From Paraphysomonas bandaiensis (Eukaryota > Protista > Chrysophyceae): a stretch of 64,000 nt of DNA. A program made the translations under genes and the position numbers. A model generated the notes under the pieces. It searched no databases and had not been told where the DNA came from. It saw only the letters and a program-made list of their open reading frames with translations. The number at the start of each line of letters is the position of its first letter. Position 1 is the stretch's first letter. Positions 57,731-64,000 of the stretch are shown here, piece by piece. Where the stretch lies: contig CBFFRP010000109.1 of the NCBI GenBank assembly GCA_965644295.1, positions 62,001 through 126,000 of the forward strand. The letters run 5' to 3'.

Positions 57731-59548
57731 CTAGAATGTTCCTCGTCGTTGTGCAGGTGCCCGAGAACTGTACGCTGAGATATTGCCCGATGAGCGACGC
57801 CTAGTAACTTTATTGGATGGAGCTTGTGCTTTAACTTCTCGAGAAGCGCGGGCCTACCGGTCGCATTGAATATTGTTAGTAAAATAGCACACACAGATGG
57901 GTGGTGAAGTACTTGTAAAATTTTCAGGTACAATTTACAAAGGTTTACTGACCTTGATTTCAATTGATTTCTCTTTTTTATTCACTGCTGTCACCTCGTC
58001 ACTGACGTCATTGTCTTCTGCATTCTCAGTCAGCATGTCCATACTAAATTCTCTACCTTTATATAGTCCCAACGATCCGTAGCCTTTGGAGAAACGACGA
58101 GTCTGTGGGTTGCTCCAAGAATCCTCCTTGTTGTGTTTGGTATCATCAGAAGGAAAAGTGCTACGTTGATGGAAGCCGCCATCTTTACCTGCGTATACAA
58201 TACTTACTCATAATACAAAATACGTGTGGATTTGTCATATTTGAGAATCTGAAGCACTGTGTTAAACCCGAATAGCGAGACGAACCTATAAGAGATGACA
58301 TCAAGGGAGGGGATTTAGGATCTGCTGAAGGACCAGGGAGAACGTCCATTGAATACCTTCTGGCCTTTCCTTTATTTGGTTTTGCCTTTGTCTTCAACAA
58401 GCCGTCAAGACTTTCTCCAGTTGTCAAGTCAGCAATAGCTTTATCTTCACTCTCGATTTCATTGGTATTACTCTCATGTGATATCACTTTTTCACCATCT
58501 CCATTAGGGCCAGTACCAGCACCCTTTGGAGAATCCTTTGCATGGGAACTACGTTCTATATCGTCAGCGTGGTCAAAGGAGCCTCTCGCACTCGAATCAC
58601 TCCCAAAACTACTCCGAGAGTGTCGTAGCGAGCGTCGTCGTCGATGAGTATGTATCAACTCATCCAGGCTTTTATTCTGTTCAATACCTGCACCATCTAC
58701 GGACCCGGTATTTTCTCGGCTGTCGACCATGTACTTCACCAATCTAGAGAGTTCATTGGCTGATACATACTTCCCCTTCGTCAGAACTACCCTGTGCTCC
58801 GTTCGTTCATGCCAGAATCTAGCCCCCAAGCATTTCTTCATAATTTTTTTTTGATACTCAAAACAAGGTTGAATAACCGCTGGGTTCTTGACAGCAAATT
58901 CTCTCCAGAATAACCTGGCAACCCCCTCTTTTCCCAATTCTTGGATCTTAGCATTTAGTCTGGCAAGCATTGTCATAACACGAAGTAACAATATATACAC
59001 CCTCTACAGCTCATATGCTCCTCAAACGCACTTATAAACTGGCCCACACAGTCAATACATACTTACTTCTGTCCCTTTCGGCTCTTCGCATAATATTTCC
59101 CGTATATATCCTTCAACAGAGCATCAGCTTCATCCTTATCCAACATTTCATTCCCATCAAAATCATACAAATCAAAAGCAAAGAGTGCTACACATACACA
59201 CACAATTAGCAGATTAAACGAGTATATATCCACGCTCTCACCCATATTGCTTCCAAGTGTACAATAGTTCCATATAATCAGTACGAATTGACGGAATGTT
59301 ACATGCCCGAGCCTCTTCTTATCCAGTACACTGAATGCACGTCTCATAAATTCACATTTATGGAAACCAAAAAACCGTAAAAAATTCTCAATAGTGATGG
59401 TTTTCTCCATATCAGGAGACATTTTCCCATATATTCGATATAAAAACCCTATAGATATATCTGTCATTGAAAGACACTCAAACTGTGACTTCCACTTCGA
59501 AAGTGAGGGGTATATTTGATATATGGATATCGACTGCTTCGCTCCCAT
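57731..59548 (-). CDS. EF-hand Ca2+-binding protein (calcineurin B/recoverin-like N-half) with disordered tail, multi-exon
   Basis: MGAKQS myristoylation-type start; RAFSVLDKKRLGHVTFRQF; FAFDLYDFDGNEMLDKDE; last exon ends RRGTF* at 57731. Confidence 0.8.
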
Positions 59549-60136
59549 ACTTGAATTATATCAATATCACTGATAGTCCTCCATAGAGTATCTTTGGCAT
59601 ATATATTATAATAGGAAGCTATGTGACCCACAGCTCTACATACAGTGAGAGTCGTATATTCCAAGTCATCTTGAAAAGAACAACAGTTAAGATTTCCCTT
59701 TCTTGATATTTATGATAGTGTATAATAATGCCATTTTAGGCCCCATATATGTGAATATCCCTATTTTATAGCATTCGACACATGTTTTCTGCAATATATG
59801 GTTTTATTTAGCTGAATAAGTCCAACTTTTTGCACTCTCTTTGTATACGTACACCGGAATACCGTGTGGTATCCACGTATGGCTTGTATACAGGGTTGTA
59901 TAATATGTATACCGCGACACATAGTATCCTATAACACTGCTGTATAATCGAAGGTTCATACAAGTAAATATGATATGTATGTATCGTACAACCATCATAC
60001 ACACACAGCATACTCCTACACACAATATACACTTGCTTGTTATTGCAGCAAATAACAATACGCACCATATCACCAGCACAGTGCAGTTTATCCTACACAC
60101 TTTACATACCACCTGACGAAGTGTGTTTAACCTATC

Positions 60137-61554
60137 ATGGCCACAAAACACCAATTAACAGATCCTACCCAGGGCATCACGTGCCATGCCTGGAACGCTG
60201 ATCGATCCAGTAAGTGAAGATATCTTATACATAAATTATACCACTAATATTCCTGTTAAGTGATCGCAATGTGCCCAAATAATAATGAGATCCATATCTA
60301 TGGAGGGTGTAACACAGCAACATGGGAAAAACTCCATGTTCTCCCTGAGGTAGGTGCTTTTGTTTAAGGGGAGTTGGAATAACCCTTATCTACAGCACGA
60401 TTTAGTTGTCAGTGGGCTGGATTGGAGTGCCGTTCATAACAAAATAGTCTCTTGCTCTCATGATCGGAATGCCTTTGTCTGGACATTTGATCGCGAAAAT
60501 AATAAATGGGTTCCCGCACTTGTTATTTTGCGCATTGACAGGTGTGTCTCCTTTTACGTTTTTGTGCGAAGTGTTCGTCTAATTTTCAAATCGAAACGTA
60601 GGGCGGCGTTGGATGTGAAGTGGTCTCTGGATGGACTTCGCTTTGCCGTAACATCTGGAGCAAAATGTGTGCCGGTCTGTACTTACGAGGCCTCCAACGA
60701 TTGGTGGGTGAGCAAGATGGTGAAGAAGAAGTTCAAATCAACTGTGCTGTGCTGCGCATTCCACCCACATAATGGACAACTTCTTGCAACAGGATCATCT
60801 GATTTTAAGTGCCGTGTTTATTCTACTTTTGACTCTGCAGTGGATAGCGCTCCTAGTGCGGGTGTATTTGAGACAGCTGTGGAGTTCGGGGAGGCTTATA
60901 TTGAGCTTACGTCTAGTGGATGGGTGACGGCTGTCGCGTGGTCGCCGTCCGGAAATACCCTTTGCTACTCTGGTATATATCGTGTTGTCCGTGTGCAGTA
61001 TAATACGCATTGTCCCTGATAATATATCTGTAGGACATGACTCTTCTATCCACATGGTCACTTTTTCAGGAGGTGGAGCTAGCGCTCACCAGACCATCCG
61101 GTTCCGTGATCTGCCGCTCACGTCGCTACTGTTTGTCTCGGAGAAAGCGGTCATTGGAGGTGGACATGATTTCAATCCCATGGTCTTCACTACATCTGGT
61201 AAGAACTGTTTTTTTTGTGGCATTACTGTTACAACTTCAGAATATTGTACTGACGTGATTGCAGGTGACCCTAGTGGGTGGTCTTTCCTAGACAAGCTGG
61301 ACAAGAAAAAGGAAAAGGCCAAGGAAGCTGCCACTGGTGGCGTGGCAGCAGCTCGCGCTCTGTTCCAAAACAAAGCCAGCCGTGGTCAGGACTCGAGTAG
61401 TGATGGTGACAAACTCTGGACTGCTCATGAGGGAACCATTTCTGATATGGCTCTCGTCTCCCCATCTGTCGTGTCAACTGCTGCGTTGGACGGACGGGTC
61501 GTGCTGTGGAACCTGCCTCAGCTGCATATTGCGATGGCCTCAATGGGTCTGTGA
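60137..61554 (+). CDS. ARPC1: Arp2/3 complex subunit 1 (p41-Arc, WD40), multi-exon
   Basis: ITCHAWNADR, CPNNNEIHIY, IVSCSHDRNAFVW, PALVILRIDR, NDWWVSK, LATGSSDFKCRVYS, GHDSS, GHDFNP. Confidence 0.95.
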
Positions 61555-62227
61555 TCGTGATACCAGTCATGTAAACCTAGTAGCTCTGATGAGTATTTAT
61601 AGCATTGTGTGTTTGCATAATCTGGTGTTGAGGAGTCACAGCAGTTACTAGTTGCTGAGATAATGCAAGTTCGTAAAAAGAAATCATAAATTTGTAACGA
61701 CGTGTGAACGAGTAGCAGATGTTGCTCTTTTTCTTATATATGGTGCTCATATGCAATTATTTATGGATACTATTAGTATACAGTATACACCGACGCATGA
61801 CCTTATGTCTTGTCCGATCTCATCGAGACCCACTATAGACTGTATAGTCTCGTAAAATCAATTCTTCTATTTGAAGCATAGATTCTGTACTAATACAAAG
61901 ATGTCACACAAATTAAACTTTATTATTTACTAAATTAAATTATCAGACAACTGTTTATTGTTTATTATTTATTGCAACCATAGACGTGCTACCGCTATGT
62001 ACATACGGTTTTACAAAAGAGATTTAACCCTGAAGCTTAAATTAACAACTTATAAGTGCTTATATTACGAAGAGCTCTATAGGCACAGAGATATATAACT
62101 GATAAATGCACAAATCAAACAGTGTATGCACAATTAAACTATGCATGTGAATTCGACGAATATGTCCGCCCAAACTACAAGTGGTTCATTTGAATCAATC
62201 CAGAAATTCTTAGCATACGTACGTACC

Positions 62228-62953
62228 CTACTTTGACTTCTTCGATTCCTCTCTATTATTCTCCTTAGACCAAAATGCTTTCAAAAACATCGCATGTTTA
62301 GTCGATGGAAATCCCAAGATAAAACTCATGGAGGCATACGAGACCCTACCGGCAAAGGGTAAGTTCAAAGGAGCGAGAGAGAACCATATATAGAGTGCCT
62401 CCAGTGCATGACTACCAGCCACCAGGGCCAGTCCAATGTACGCATAATAAGGAGAGGGAAATATGTACGACGACACAGTTCTGATCATGTTAAAGTAAAC
62501 ACTCCCTTGTTTTTCGGCTGAGACAAGTCCAGTTATACATATCAGCCAGAGAAAAAGACTGATATACCCAGCAGGCCCAGGTGGCCACACGGCTAGAGAT
62601 GCATAAGTACGAAGCGATTTCAATGTTTTATCGACATCATTAGGGTCGGATATGGGTTCCATGAATTCATGGCTCTTGCGTACTACGCTCTTCTCTCCAG
62701 TCCTCCAATGCGCCGTCTCGATCTCCATCTCGATCTGTGTTTTATCTATCGCCAATGCCCTGGCACTGACAGCCTCAGGGCAACCAATGACAGCCCATGA
62801 GAGCATTAGCATAAATACTACAAATATTGGCTATAAGAAACACTAACATATACATATATATGCACCTTTATCTTCGTTTAAAGACTTGACGATAGCCTCA
62901 CTGTCTGGAAGGGATGGGTCTGGTGTAGCTTCCAATTCATTGGGTTCTGACAT
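62228..62953 (-). CDS. Hypothetical membrane protein (TMEM254-like C-terminal half), two exons
   Basis: Exon 1 MSEPNELE..SLNEDK splices in frame onto ORF 62228-62812; three hydrophobic segments with HALEALY motif. Confidence 0.65.
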
Positions 62954-64000
62954 GTTTACAGGTGTATGAGTTCACTTGAATTGTGGAGTAATAAGAGACA
63001 TGTTGGTGTAGTTGATGTAGAGCAGAATGGTGTTGTGTTGTACTGTTGTACTACGTTCTCTCTGTATGAATCTATAGGAAGGACAGAGTAGATAAAGTGT
63101 AGTGATAAAAATCCATAGTTTTATACTGGAAAATCGATTTATGCAGACATTCCTTTAAAAATAGGTGATTTCAACTTTCATCATAAAATCAGGCACTTTT
63201 CATTTGTGCAATCTGCTGTCCGTAGATCACACCACGCATAGATATCCATGGATATCTATATGCAGAGTAGCAGTAGCCAGAGGATGTCTCGATAGGAGAT
63301 CTCGATATTATATGCTTGAAGTTACGTTGAAAGGAATGCATAACAGATATGTCCTGTTTGAAAGCATACTGATATCCGTCTGATATCGGTCCTCGTTGAC
63401 CTATGAGAGGGACTATTATGGGGAGTGTGTATTGTGGGATCTTATCGTGTTCGTACCATAAGATGAACGAGTTCGTCTATATTAGCTTATTAAATATTAA
63501 TCATGCACTTGTGTTTCATAGAAATCAAGTTGATATACTGCATTTAACTTGACATTTAACTGAAAAAGTGCTATGGACTGAGGCAGAAAGTCGTCGAAAA
63601 GTATACTGTTGAATAGTAATATGATATATATATAGTATATGTAGTGTGTAATGTGCGCATGTGTGCAGTATTGGTCAAGGTAAAACTGGATAACTATTCC
63701 GACTTACATTGTATATACGATTTTAATGGTATCGTCCTAGTATGAAAAGTGATTGTGATGCTGCCTTTCTTTTCTTACTGTAGATTTACACTGTTTATAA
63801 TGTACTAACTCTCAATAATATTTTCTAATCTTCTTGCATATGGAATAATGGGTGTAAACTATTGTACGTCAACGTGGGAACTCATGAGTGCATCAATCTC
63901 TATATATATCTTGTATTCGCTAAATGTTATAATAGTCAACACGTTTTAGTCTTTCAAAACCCATAGAGTTTTTCAACTCTTCATTGCATTGTGAGCTCAA

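Overview
Gene-dense eukaryotic DNA with very short GT-AG introns (mostly ~43-60 nt); a flagellated protist is likely and a stramenopile is my guess, but the taxon cannot be proven here. Host genes: papain-family cysteine protease, a tandem-repeat protein, an IQ/WW + caspase-like + FN3 protein, GST, TPK-type K+ channel, an EHD-family ATPase, a large orphan gene, kinesin-2-like motor, a coiled-coil protein, a myristoylated EF-hand protein, ARPC1 and a small membrane protein. Mobile DNA: an intact, very young Ty1/Copia element (353-bp LTRs with no difference I could see, AACAC TSD), an atypical Ty3/Gypsy element, a dispersed ~500-bp repeat family (6 copies plus a fragment) that may derive from a Penelope-like element, a hAT-type MITE and decayed DNA-transposase relics. 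The best candidate for an undescribed system is the Gypsy element (49216-54944). Its gag and pol are in the same frame and separated by a single UGA in the UGA-CUAG readthrough context. Its RT has IFDN in place of YxDD, its Gag has a CCCH rather than CCHC finger, and I can find no LTR pair despite uninterrupted ORFs. All calls are from manual motif reading; no searches were run.
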